Virus record (IMG/VR): IMGVR_UViG_3300010032_000001
Location: 1-48,116 of that record
Direction: 5' to 3' (one strand)
Source: a virus
DNA: 48,116 nucleotides
Below, one piece after another: positions 20,221 through 28,249 of the stretch. Made by a program: the position numbers and the translations under genes. Each line of letters begins with the position of its first letter. Positions within the stretch are counted from its first letter, which is position 1. The notes beneath the pieces were generated by a model. The model was given only the letters and a program-made list of their open reading frames with translations. It was not told the origin of the DNA and searched no databases.

Positions 20221-21098
20221 TCTAATTCTGGTTCGTAACCTCTAGCACCCTCTGGATAGTTCCAACCCTTAACGTAGTATTTACCGTCTTCTTCATAGAA
20301 ATCGTAAAGACTGCAGGCGGGATGTAACCTACCTTTACCTGAGTACATTTCAGGGGAAATGTAGAAACTGCCATCTTTTCTACGTCTAGGGAAAGGAGGA
20401 GCCATACCATTCTTGAGTACTTCTTCGAGACTAGATGATGCTGCACAGGCTACAGTAACCATCTGTGCTCTCATGATAAGTTCATCATAGAAAGTATGAA
20501 CCTGTTCATTGGTTACTGGTAAGCCCATCACTTCACCAGTACAAGCATTACCTACAACCCATATTGCATCACAGTTAAGATGACTAGCGTAGAGTGCTAA
20601 CTGGGTCTGGTATTGCTGGTTGTTCATTCCGTATTTTCTGTAAGCTTTGTACTTGGCATCATCTACATGCTTACATTCTACTACAAAACGTTGCTGAGTA
20701 GTAGGGTCAGTTACTACAAAATCTGGATGGCCTTGGATAAGCTCAGACACTTGGATACTGACCTGATGTTGTACCTCATATCCTAAACGATGTAGATACA
20801 TATACACTTCAATTTCGAATGTATGACCACCGAACCACTTACGTTTCATAGCGAACGAAGGAGGATTATTTTCTACTCCATTAAAGTGGTCCCATGCCGT
20901 GATGATAGCAGGCTTACCCAGTTGAGATACACCAAACACACCAGATTCGTACTTGTCTTCTCGAAGATAATTTTTACTGACCGCACTACGGTACAGGTCA
21001 GTCATGGTTTCTAGTAACTCGTTCTTTGTCTCTACTGACTGCGGTAAGATAAAGTCAGCATTGTTAAACTGATTAAGAAATGCAAGTAGTTTGTTCAT
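20211..21098 (-). CDS. PD-(D/E)XK (RecB/YqaJ/Cas4-like) exonuclease
   Basis: HPDFVV...FVVECKH (D...ExK) and QTQLALY (QxxxY). AAGGAGGAA lies upstream of the ATG. Adjacent to the ERF and SSB-like genes. Confidence 0.55.
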   Translation of the reverse strand: MNKLLAFLNQFNNADFILPQSVETKNELLETMTDLYRSAVSKNYLREDKYESGVFGVSQLGKPAIITAWDHFNGVENNPPSFAMKRKWFGGHTFEIEVYMYLHRLGYEVQHQVSIQVSELIQGHPDFVVTDPTTQQRFVVECKHVDDAKYKAYRKYGMNNQQYQTQLALYASHLNCDAIWVVGNACTGEVMGLPVTNEQVHTFYDELIMRAQMVTVACAASSSLEEVLKNGMAPPFPRRRKDGSFYISPEMYSGKGRLHPACSLYDFYEEDGKYYVKGWNYPEGARGYEPELDWS

Positions 21099-21109
21099 AG
21101 TTCCTCCTT

Positions 21110-21165
21110 AAAGAAAAGAAGACTGGTAGTTAAGTCTGAGTCTTTGTTCGGACTACCAGTCTTCT
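21110..21165 (-). terminator. Intrinsic terminator (14-bp stem, 21-nt loop, U-tract) between the SSB-like and exonuclease genes
   Basis: Minus-sense AGAAGACTGGTAGT (21165-21152) pairs with ACTACCAGTCTTCT (21130-21117). TTTCTTT follows and runs into the RBS of the next gene. Confidence 0.6.
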
Positions 21166-21197
21166 CTGTCTCGATGTTGCACTGTTCCGAACAAAGG

Positions 21198-21992
21198 CTA
21201 TCCAAGCAGATTGCGAATGTCGTCTACTTCCGCATCTACTAGTAATTCACTGTTAGCTGCTGGAGCACCAGGAAGAATGTCCATTGTAGGGGTAGACATG
21301 ATGGGGTCTGCTGGCGCACCAGGACCGGACATCAATCCACTCATTACATTGTCGCTAACTAATTGTTGCATAATCTCAGGGTCTTTGGGAACACCCGGAA
21401 GTTCAGGGGTAGGTAAATGAGTTTTAACAAACTCAACTCCTGTATGGCAAACAGCACGCATATGAGGATAGTTATCGTTAGCTCTATTTTCTACTGCTGC
21501 TAGCTCACCTGAAAACTGTACTTTGTAGTTAGCAGGTGACTCGTCAAAGCGACCTGAGATAGTAAACTTACCGCCAGGAGCAGTGTTGATAAATAGAGCG
21601 CCAATTTGATTGTCTCTAAAAGAACCCTCACCTCGCTCCAGAGGAACAATGCCGCCATTGAAAACCATTCCTCGGTCGTTAGGATTGGAGTTGAACAATA
21701 CACACCTTGCTTTAGCAATTTCTGCGTTGTTCTGACGAACAGTTACAACTCCTGTGAGCTTGTCTCGTTTCCAGAGAGCTACTTCAATCACCACTCCTTC
21801 CCCTGCCTGAGGAGTAGCGGTAGGTAAAGGCTCAGCGATGACAGGCAGTGCTTCAAGAGTACTCTTAACGTTCAGCAGCTCAAATGCTTGGCGTTGATAT
21901 TCGATAGCTTGGGCCAGTACTTTGAATGCACGAGCCATCTCGTTGTTAGCGTTGTTCAGTAGCGTGAAAGCAGCGTTGAGTTTTTCAGACAT
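21198..21992 (-). CDS. SSB-like protein candidate with an acidic C-terminal docking tail
   Basis: 264 aa, between the ERF and exonuclease genes. Beta-rich core. C-terminus ...DAEVDDIRNLLG. No diagnostic motif, so the call rests on position. Confidence 0.35.
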   Translation of the reverse strand: MSEKLNAAFTLLNNANNEMARAFKVLAQAIEYQRQAFELLNVKSTLEALPVIAEPLPTATPQAGEGVVIEVALWKRDKLTGVVTVRQNNAEIAKARCVLFNSNPNDRGMVFNGGIVPLERGEGSFRDNQIGALFINTAPGGKFTISGRFDESPANYKVQFSGELAAVENRANDNYPHMRAVCHTGVEFVKTHLPTPELPGVPKDPEIMQQLVSDNVMSGLMSGPGAPADPIMSTPTMDILPGAPAANSELLVDAEVDDIRNLLG

Positions 21993-22003
21993 GAGGTTTC
22001 TCC

Positions 22004-22609
22004 TTAGGATAGAAATTGAGATAAAGCATTCTTAGCTGGAGCAGGTTGAGCGGTAGGTTGACTCAGCATTGAACCTACATCATTGGAAGTGGAAGAGGTA
22101 GAAGAGAAGCGGCGTACATCACTTTCGTCATTGTCAGGGTCATCTCCTGTGTCGAAGTTGAACAGACTGGAGAGAAGATAGCGTTTCATGATGGTAACTG
22201 CACCGAGAGTCTTGTCGCTGACCTGGTCTACTTTGAATCCATACCCGCTAACACGTACCCAATCCTTAGGGTTCTTGATGTTCACAAGAGTACAGTGGCC
22301 TGCAGCGTAAGCAGAGGATACTAATTTGTCTCTCGGTGTAGCGTCACGTCCACTCTGCAGCTTAAAGAACTCAGAATTAACGTGAGATGATTCTACACCA
22401 AACAGAACAATACAGTTGTGCTTAGATAAAAAAGGTTTGATGGCTTTGTTGATGTCTTCTAATTGAGCATACTTATACCTACCCCCCTGAGTATTTTGTC
22501 CTCCCAACGCTGCAGTTGCTTCTTGCTGCACCTCAAAGATACATTGAAGTGTAACAACAGCTTCATCACTATACTTAATGGAATGTTCGGTGTTGTGGTT
22601 AACTAGCAT
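22004..22609 (-). CDS. ERF-family single-strand annealing protein
   Basis: GRYKYAQLEDINKAIKPFLSKHNCIV and GAVTIMKRYLLSSLF match the conserved ERF N-terminal core pattern. Confidence 0.65.
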   Translation of the reverse strand: MLVNHNTEHSIKYSDEAVVTLQCIFEVQQEATAALGGQNTQGGRYKYAQLEDINKAIKPFLSKHNCIVLFGVESSHVNSEFFKLQSGRDATPRDKLVSSAYAAGHCTLVNIKNPKDWVRVSGYGFKVDQVSDKTLGAVTIMKRYLLSSLFNFDTGDDPDNDESDVRRFSSTSSTSNDVGSMLSQPTAQPAPAKNALSQFLS

Positions 22610-22791
22610 TATTTTTCCTCCTTCTTTTTCTTGGTTACTTCCAGCGACATTACCCCTGGTTCTTCTGGAACATTCTTAATTGATACATCCTCATATTTAC
22701 CAGTAGAAGAGAGATAATTAAATAAGCCAAATACATCTTTGATTCTCAACTGTCCCATCTTCATCCTACCTTGTCCCTTCTTGACTGTCAA
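22609..22791 (-). CDS. Hypothetical small protein
   Basis: 60-aa ORF whose stop (22609-22611) overlaps the ERF start codon by 1 nt. Confidence 0.4.
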   Translation of the reverse strand: MTVKKGQGRMKMGQLRIKDVFGLFNYLSSTGKYEDVSIKNVPEEPGVMSLEVTKKKKEEK

Positions 22792-22987
22792 GTATGCTGT
22801 TAACTACATGGTCAGCTAGCTCATCATGAGTGGCTGCCCCAACCCAATCGCTCCAACGCAATCGAAATAGATTCCATGAGCGCTCACTCTTAACTTCCAT
22901 CATGCTGTCGGACTCTCGGTACTTCACTGAAAATTTTTCTGGAAGTTTTGTCCTTACTTTGTTAGCGATAATATCTTCATCCTTCAT
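22766..22987 (-). CDS. Hypothetical small protein (start moved to the internal ATG)
   Basis: ATG 22987 forms an ATGA overlap with the upstream micro-ORF. The ORF-track start at 23053 is a TTG. Confidence 0.4.
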   Translation of the reverse strand: MKDEDIIANKVRTKLPEKFSVKYRESDSMMEVKSERSWNLFRLRWSDWVGAATHDELADHVVNSILDSQEGTR

Positions 22988-23094
22988 TTCTTTTTTCTCC
23001 TCAGTGTTTTTGATAATCCTTTTACCAAACCTTTTGTGAAACTTAGAACACAAAGTACCACAATGAATGCAATAATCAGTCCTTCAAAGGTCAT
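22984..23094 (-). CDS. 36-aa single-pass membrane micro-protein
   Basis: Hand translation: MTFEGLIIAFIVVLCVLSFTKGLVKGLSKTLRRKKK. ATGA coupling on both sides. Confidence 0.35.
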   Translation of the reverse strand: MTFEGLIIAFIVVLCVLSFTKGLVKGLSKTLRRKKK

Positions 23095-23240
23095 TGCTTG
23101 CTCCTTCCTATAAGCTTACGGTTTTCATTGATGATACGTACTTCATTAGCTACTAGATGAGCTTTGGTACGCTCTTCTTTTTCTACTTCTCTTTCTAGAG
23201 GTAGGGTATGTGAAGCTCTAATCTGCCATAGTTTTATCAT
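23091..23240 (-). CDS. 49-aa hypothetical micro-protein
   Basis: Hand translation MIKLWQIRASHTLPLEREVEKEERTK... The ATG overlaps the polymerase stop (ATGA). Confidence 0.35.
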   Translation of the reverse strand: MIKLWQIRASHTLPLEREVEKEERTKAHLVANEVRIINENRKLIGRSKQ

Positions 23241-25264
23241 GCTGCTTTCTCCTTAGCTTTCTTCTCTCTAATCTCTCCGTCTTCCTTAGCCTCACTCCAG
23301 GTCATTCCTACTCCTGGAGTAGCACACATCTTCAACCCTTTCAACAATATCCTATTGTTAAATGCTTTGTCAAGCGCATCACAGAACCAAGGAACATTAC
23401 CATAAGGTACTTCATATACTACCTCATCGTGTACTTGAATAAGAACTTTAGCACCACATGAAGTCATAGCACTACGTACTTGCCACATGAGTATTTTAAC
23501 TATGTCAGCTTGGGTACCCTGAATAAGAGCATTAAAGTACTGACGCTTAGCCTGAGATATTTCTCTCTTATCATTAGATTGCCACAGTTTAGGGTAGACG
23601 ATTTTATGACCATACATCGTCCTTAGTACATGTAGACGCTCAGCACTTTTTTCTACAAGCTGTTTTAACTTAGGTAGAGCAGTTACGTTCTTATCCAAGT
23701 TAGACAAAATAGTTCGTGCTTCTACGATAGGTATACCTACAGACTGGGCTAACTTACTAGGACCTCCGCCATAGATGTTAAGAAATATAGCTATCTTAGC
23801 ATTCTTTCTTTCAGTATCCATCATCTGACGATTAGCTTCATGAACGTCAGCATCTTGTTCGTATAGTTTCCAAAGGTAGTAGGATTGTGGGTCAGAGTCT
23901 CCTACTATCATAGCCATGTACCAGGCTAGAATACGTAATTCTATCTGACTAAGGTCAATACAAACAATGCGCTTGTCTTCATCGGAAGCAGTAATAATCT
24001 TTCGAATGTCGCCTCTAGGAATGTTTTGAAAGTTAGGTCTACGACTAGCATATCTACTAGTTCTAGTGGCACACACTAGAAAAGAAGGATGGATACGATT
24101 GTCTTTGTCGGTAATGGTAAACGGTTTAAGATAAGTAGACAGAAGCTTAGCGTTCTTACGATATTTCTGCATCAAGTTGGCAAAGACATACCTATTTGAT
24201 AGTTCGGAAATAACAGCTTTGTTTACTGTAGGTTCATTGGTTTTCTTAGAGAACACAGTAGGCTGCCATTCGCAGTGGTATTTGAGAGCAACTACTAAAT
24301 GCTTAGAACTATTAGGATTAAACTTTTCTATCTTCCAGTACAAGTAGTCGCTACCTTGTTTACCAATAGGAACATGGTATCCTATCTGACTCTGTTTGTA
24401 GATACCTGAAACACTTACTGGTATTTTGTTCTGGCGAGGCCTAGCGAACGTAACTTCTTTGATAGCCACAGCCGGACACATCGTATAAATTTTTTCTAGT
24501 AAATCCTCAGTTTCTTTCTCCTTTTCTATCAGTAGATTATTGAGGGCATCAGTATTGATGTATACACCGTTGCGGTTCATCTCTAATCCCATGACCGTCG
24601 CCGTTAGGTCGACGATGTAAGCATCAAACGTCTTGTGGTCTTGGCATAAAAGAGGTAGAAAATTCATCGCTAATTGAGTACAACTCTTGGCGTCCCCTTG
24701 GTTGTAGATTAGCATGTCCTCACTGAACTTTCCCCATTCATTAGAGAACTCTATCTTAGTATCGCAGAATCCTAGTTCTCCTAAATATTTTAGAGAGTAG
24801 AAACGCATAGCATCTTCATCTCCCATGCTCCCCATCATAGAAGGAGGCACAGAACAGAAGCATAATACCATCGTATCATGAAAGTAGGGAATGTAAATAC
24901 CGCACTCGCTTAGATGTCGATAGTCAAACTGGCTGTTATGAAAACAAGGAACGTACTTAGTTTCTCCACACAGAATATTTCGTAACTCTAAGAGCTTGGT
25001 GGACTGAGGATCTATAGCTTGCCTTACGATAGCCAGTGAACCACAATTCTCAAATAGAAATGCTAAGTGCTGTTTAGTTATTCCATCTTTCCAAAAGACT
25101 GACGATGGTTTATCCTTATCAGAGCAGTACCAAGAGATAGACCAAATCTTTTCTACGTCTCCTGTGACATCATCAATAGCTGTAGTCTCAATGTCTATTC
25201 CACATAGATTGAGTACAGAAGTATTTTCTTTTAGTCTACTAAAATCAGGCCAGCGATTCAGCAT
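23237..25264 (-). CDS. Family A DNA polymerase with 3'-5' exonuclease domain
   Basis: Exo motifs GIDIETT, NSQFDYRHL and YNQGDAKS. Pol motifs DLSQIELRILAW (A), RKNAKIAIFLNIYGG (B) and QVHDEVVYE (C). ATG 25264 with GGGAGAAAG upstream. Confidence 0.9.
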   Translation of the reverse strand: MLNRWPDFSRLKENTSVLNLCGIDIETTAIDDVTGDVEKIWSISWYCSDKDKPSSVFWKDGITKQHLAFLFENCGSLAIVRQAIDPQSTKLLELRNILCGETKYVPCFHNSQFDYRHLSECGIYIPYFHDTMVLCFCSVPPSMMGSMGDEDAMRFYSLKYLGELGFCDTKIEFSNEWGKFSEDMLIYNQGDAKSCTQLAMNFLPLLCQDHKTFDAYIVDLTATVMGLEMNRNGVYINTDALNNLLIEKEKETEDLLEKIYTMCPAVAIKEVTFARPRQNKIPVSVSGIYKQSQIGYHVPIGKQGSDYLYWKIEKFNPNSSKHLVVALKYHCEWQPTVFSKKTNEPTVNKAVISELSNRYVFANLMQKYRKNAKLLSTYLKPFTITDKDNRIHPSFLVCATRTSRYASRRPNFQNIPRGDIRKIITASDEDKRIVCIDLSQIELRILAWYMAMIVGDSDPQSYYLWKLYEQDADVHEANRQMMDTERKNAKIAIFLNIYGGGPSKLAQSVGIPIVEARTILSNLDKNVTALPKLKQLVEKSAERLHVLRTMYGHKIVYPKLWQSNDKREISQAKRQYFNALIQGTQADIVKILMWQVRSAMTSCGAKVLIQVHDEVVYEVPYGNVPWFCDALDKAFNNRILLKGLKMCATPGVGMTWSEAKEDGEIREKKAKEKAA

Positions 25265-25643
25265 TAGCTTTCTCCCACAAGTCCTTAGCGTCAACGAACC
25301 ATTGGTCAGGAATAGTAAACTCAGACCATTTGATTCCTATTTTAGTAAGAGTTTTTCCTACTTTTTGTCTTTCATTCTTACTACTTTGAACCAGAACAAC
25401 ACGATAATATTGTTTTAAGTCTTCGGGAAAATGACGAAGCATATGTAGGTAGAGACGGTCGCGAATATGTCCCTTGCATTCTACCCACAGGCCAGCTTTG
25501 TCTTCTGGAAATAGAATCTTAAAATCTGGATAATGGTTTTTGGTTATAGTCACAGAGATAGGAGGCGCACCCACCTTTTCTGGTATTCTAATTAATGCTG
25601 GATACTTATCTAGTAAGCCCTGTTCAACTACGTTCACTGGCAT
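25245..25643 (-). CDS. T7 endonuclease I-like Holliday junction resolvase
   Basis: YPDFKILFPEDKAGLWVECKG...IKWSEFTIPDQWF parallels T7 gp3 (PDFLLPNGIFVETKG...IKFADKLIPAEW). Confidence 0.7.
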   Translation of the reverse strand: MPVNVVEQGLLDKYPALIRIPEKVGAPPISVTITKNHYPDFKILFPEDKAGLWVECKGHIRDRLYLHMLRHFPEDLKQYYRVVLVQSSKNERQKVGKTLTKIGIKWSEFTIPDQWFVDAKDLWEKANAESLA

Positions 25644-27156
25644 AATCGTATTGTACTCCTGAGTAACGACTGGTGTTTAGGTCATAGGTTAGACTGAACA
25701 CTCCTTCCCCTGGCGGACCTACCTCTCTGTTCTTAAGTATCTCGATTCGAGACTTATTATCTCCTCTCTTTCTGTGTACTCCGATAACATTGAACCCTAC
25801 TCTTTCTATCATGCCTGAGCCTAGACCAGAACCGAGTGCGGGAGGTTCATTGTACCCTGCTCTACCCACGTGACTGATAACTATGAAATGAACTCCTAAC
25901 TCAGTAGCTAACCTATCGAACATGTAGACAAACTCACTAGTAGATTCGAAGAATTTGTCTGTGTTTCCTGCGGCGGTTATATTGTCTACAACTACTACTT
26001 TGGCGTTGTGAACTTTACAGGCTGCTTTAATGTGCTGTTCAATGTCTTTAGGAGATGCTCCACTACTACTCTTGTCTACTAAAACAAACTCATCTATTTG
26101 TTGATTAACAGCTTTAGTTTGTTCCTTGTCACATAGGTAATAGTTACCGCCAGCGAATACGTTAGCTAACTTAGTGACAAACTTTCTATGACCTCCTTCT
26201 AGAATAACAGCACACGTACGTACTTGTCTACTAGCTAAGCACCACATCAGGTACTGAACAAACGTAGTCTTACCTTGCCCTGGAGCACCTAATACGTAGG
26301 TAACTTCTTCGCTTCTCAGGCCTTGAAGCTTCTCATCAAGAGGAGCCATACCCGTGATTATGCCCATCTGGGTAGGGCTTATTAAAGAAGAGGTAGAAGA
26401 GTAGAAAAAGTCTGCTGTGCATGGTTGTGCGGACCAGAAAGCTTCTTTGAGTAGGCTAGATTTACCTTCTAATAGATACTCGTTGGGGTCATCATAGGAA
26501 AGGTTAGCTACTAAGCATCGTTCCTTTCCTAGAAGTTTAACCGCTTCTTCTACTGCTTGACTTGGTTGCAATGCATTGCGATTATTTTTGTCCCTGTCTG
26601 GTATGAAATAAATTTTCTCAAATCCGGATAGCTGCTCATAGTTTCGTTTGATGGATGGAACCAAGGATGAGTCCCCGTTTGGTGGAGATATACAGGGTAT
26701 CCCAGTTGCTTGTAGAACCGACATTGCATCAAATTCACCTAGCGCAATCGCTATAATTTTTTTGGTATTAACTGCATTCCATCCAAAGAAATGTCCAGAG
26801 TACTGACCTTCTGTTGACATGTGCAAGTCTTTCTCAGACTTATGAAACAGAAAATCTCTGTACTTTACACCTACCACCTTGTTCTTTACGTACAAAGGAA
26901 AAGCTATGACTTGTCCTGACTTAAGAACATCATATTTGATACAAGTTTCCTTCGTAATCTTTCTCCATTCGATAACGCCATGGCTGTAGCTGCGTAGAGG
27001 CCATCTAATTTTCTTATGAGGTTTAGCTCCGATTGTCTCCTCGCAACTGAAGCAATAGCGTTTTTCCCTACCCTCTGGAGACTTCCAGACTCCGACGTTG
27101 TCTTTGGAACCACAACGGGGACATGGCTCGTATCCGAGGAAAGTATCGTCTGACAT
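25624..27156 (-). CDS. T7 gp4-like bifunctional primase-helicase
   Basis: Zn finger CPRCGS...CFSCEE. TOPRIM-like GEFDAMS...PDRD. Walker A GAPGQGKTT. Walker B VVVVDN. Confidence 0.9.
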   Translation of the reverse strand: MSDDTFLGYEPCPRCGSKDNVGVWKSPEGREKRYCFSCEETIGAKPHKKIRWPLRSYSHGVIEWRKITKETCIKYDVLKSGQVIAFPLYVKNKVVGVKYRDFLFHKSEKDLHMSTEGQYSGHFFGWNAVNTKKIIAIALGEFDAMSVLQATGIPCISPPNGDSSLVPSIKRNYEQLSGFEKIYFIPDRDKNNRNALQPSQAVEEAVKLLGKERCLVANLSYDDPNEYLLEGKSSLLKEAFWSAQPCTADFFYSSTSSLISPTQMGIITGMAPLDEKLQGLRSEEVTYVLGAPGQGKTTFVQYLMWCLASRQVRTCAVILEGGHRKFVTKLANVFAGGNYYLCDKEQTKAVNQQIDEFVLVDKSSSGASPKDIEQHIKAACKVHNAKVVVVDNITAAGNTDKFFESTSEFVYMFDRLATELGVHFIVISHVGRAGYNEPPALGSGLGSGMIERVGFNVIGVHRKRGDNKSRIEILKNREVGPPGEGVFSLTYDLNTSRYSGVQYDYASERS

Positions 27157-27566
27157 AGCTCATCTACAAAGGTGGTTGGCGGAATAGAGAGACAGTAGGA
27201 AACAAAATGCGTACAGCAGGCGTGCTCATGATAGCAGTTAGGACGCGATAAAGCACGTAGAAGAGAAGGTAGAGTAACCCGTACCTTGTTTCCTACTATA
27301 TCTCCAAACCTAACTATCTGAGTCAGAACTACGTATTCATCTACATCTAATAGAAGGTAGTCGTGAGTGAAATGATTAGCTTCATCTTCATCATAACTAA
27401 CTATCCCATCTATAGTGAGGCTGTATTCTGTTTTATCAACTACTAGAGCGCAATGCCCGTAGTGCCCAAGTCTAAATATTTTTTTTCCTATCCAAAATAA
27501 AGTTGTTAATACCCCCTGGTTCATCACCTCTCGAAGATTTAAACTGTAGAGCTTTAGTTTTATCAT
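26904..27566 (-). CDS. Hypothetical protein, possibly a permuted papain/NlpC-P60-like fold; its 3' 253 nt overprint the primase gene
   Basis: GGAGGAACT precedes ATG 27566. H...C pattern (LGHYGHCALVV ... HACCTHFVSYCL). The ORF stays open 84 codons into the primase CDS in another frame. Confidence 0.4.
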   Translation of the reverse strand: MIKLKLYSLNLREVMNQGVLTTLFWIGKKIFRLGHYGHCALVVDKTEYSLTIDGIVSYDEDEANHFTHDYLLLDVDEYVVLTQIVRFGDIVGNKVRVTLPSLLRALSRPNCYHEHACCTHFVSYCLSIPPTTFVDELCQTILSSDTSHVPVVVPKTTSESGSLQRVGKNAIASVARRQSELNLIRKLDGLYAATAMALSNGERLRRKLVSNMMFLSQDKS

Positions 27567-27903
27567 AGTTCCTCCAAGCATTAGCGTTCTCTTTGCTAGT
27601 GACCCAACGTAGATTACTGATATCGTTGTTGGCCTTGTCTCTGTCTATGTGGTCTACTTCTGGTAGGTTATCGGGATTAGGCAGAAAAGCTTGAGCTACT
27701 AGACGATGAATGAGATGCTCCTGACCGTTAGCTGTGACTTGGAGGTATCCTCCTGAGTCTGGTCTGGGTCGAAGAAGTTTGTAAGACCTACTTCGTCTAG
27801 TAGATAGTATCCTACCATTCTCTACTATCCAGTAGTCAGGGCTGAACTCTTTTATTCTTAAGCCCGCTAAGTAGCGAACGCACTGCTTTTGACTGTTGTT
27901 CAT
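27472..27903 (-). CDS. HNH homing endonuclease (NUMOD4-like N-terminus plus HNH_3-type core)
   Basis: YWIVENGRILS..., HRLVAQAF, EVDHIDRDKANNDISNLRWVTSKEN. Confidence 0.8.
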   Translation of the reverse strand: MNNSQKQCVRYLAGLRIKEFSPDYWIVENGRILSTRRSRSYKLLRPRPDSGGYLQVTANGQEHLIHRLVAQAFLPNPDNLPEVDHIDRDKANNDISNLRWVTSKENANAWRNYDKTKALQFKSSRGDEPGGINNFILDRKKNI

Positions 27904-28165
27904 TTCTAGGTTTGTTGTCTACTACCTTAGTCTTAGTAGGAGGAGTGTAGCTAGTACAGGGCTTCCACTTATCACTTACTCTAGGGTCACTAGTACCTTC
28001 AGGTTGTCGTCTTCTAAACTCCGCTATCTCCTGTTCAGTGTGCTGGTATCTAGTGAGTGCTCTAGAGAACATCTCGTGGTCGGCAGAGTCCAGACCGCGT
28101 CGTCTTTGGACCTCTTGCTGCTTTGTCACGATGACTGCAGCTAACCATTCAGTTGCGTTCTTCAT
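27836..28165 (-). CDS. Hypothetical protein
   Basis: 109-aa ORF. Pyrimidine-rich leader holds two copies of CTCCTTACC. Its 3' end overlaps the HNH gene by 68 nt. Confidence 0.4.
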   Translation of the reverse strand: MKNATEWLAAVIVTKQQEVQRRRGLDSADHEMFSRALTRYQHTEQEIAEFRRRQPEGTSDPRVSDKWKPCTSYTPPTKTKVVDNKPRNEQQSKAVRSLLSGLKNKRVQP

Positions 28166-28249
28166 GTCATAGGTTATAGGTAAGGAGTAGGAAAGGGAGA
28201 GGTAAGGAGAACAGAGGGTGACCTCTCCCTAAAGGTTTGCCTAAAGCAA

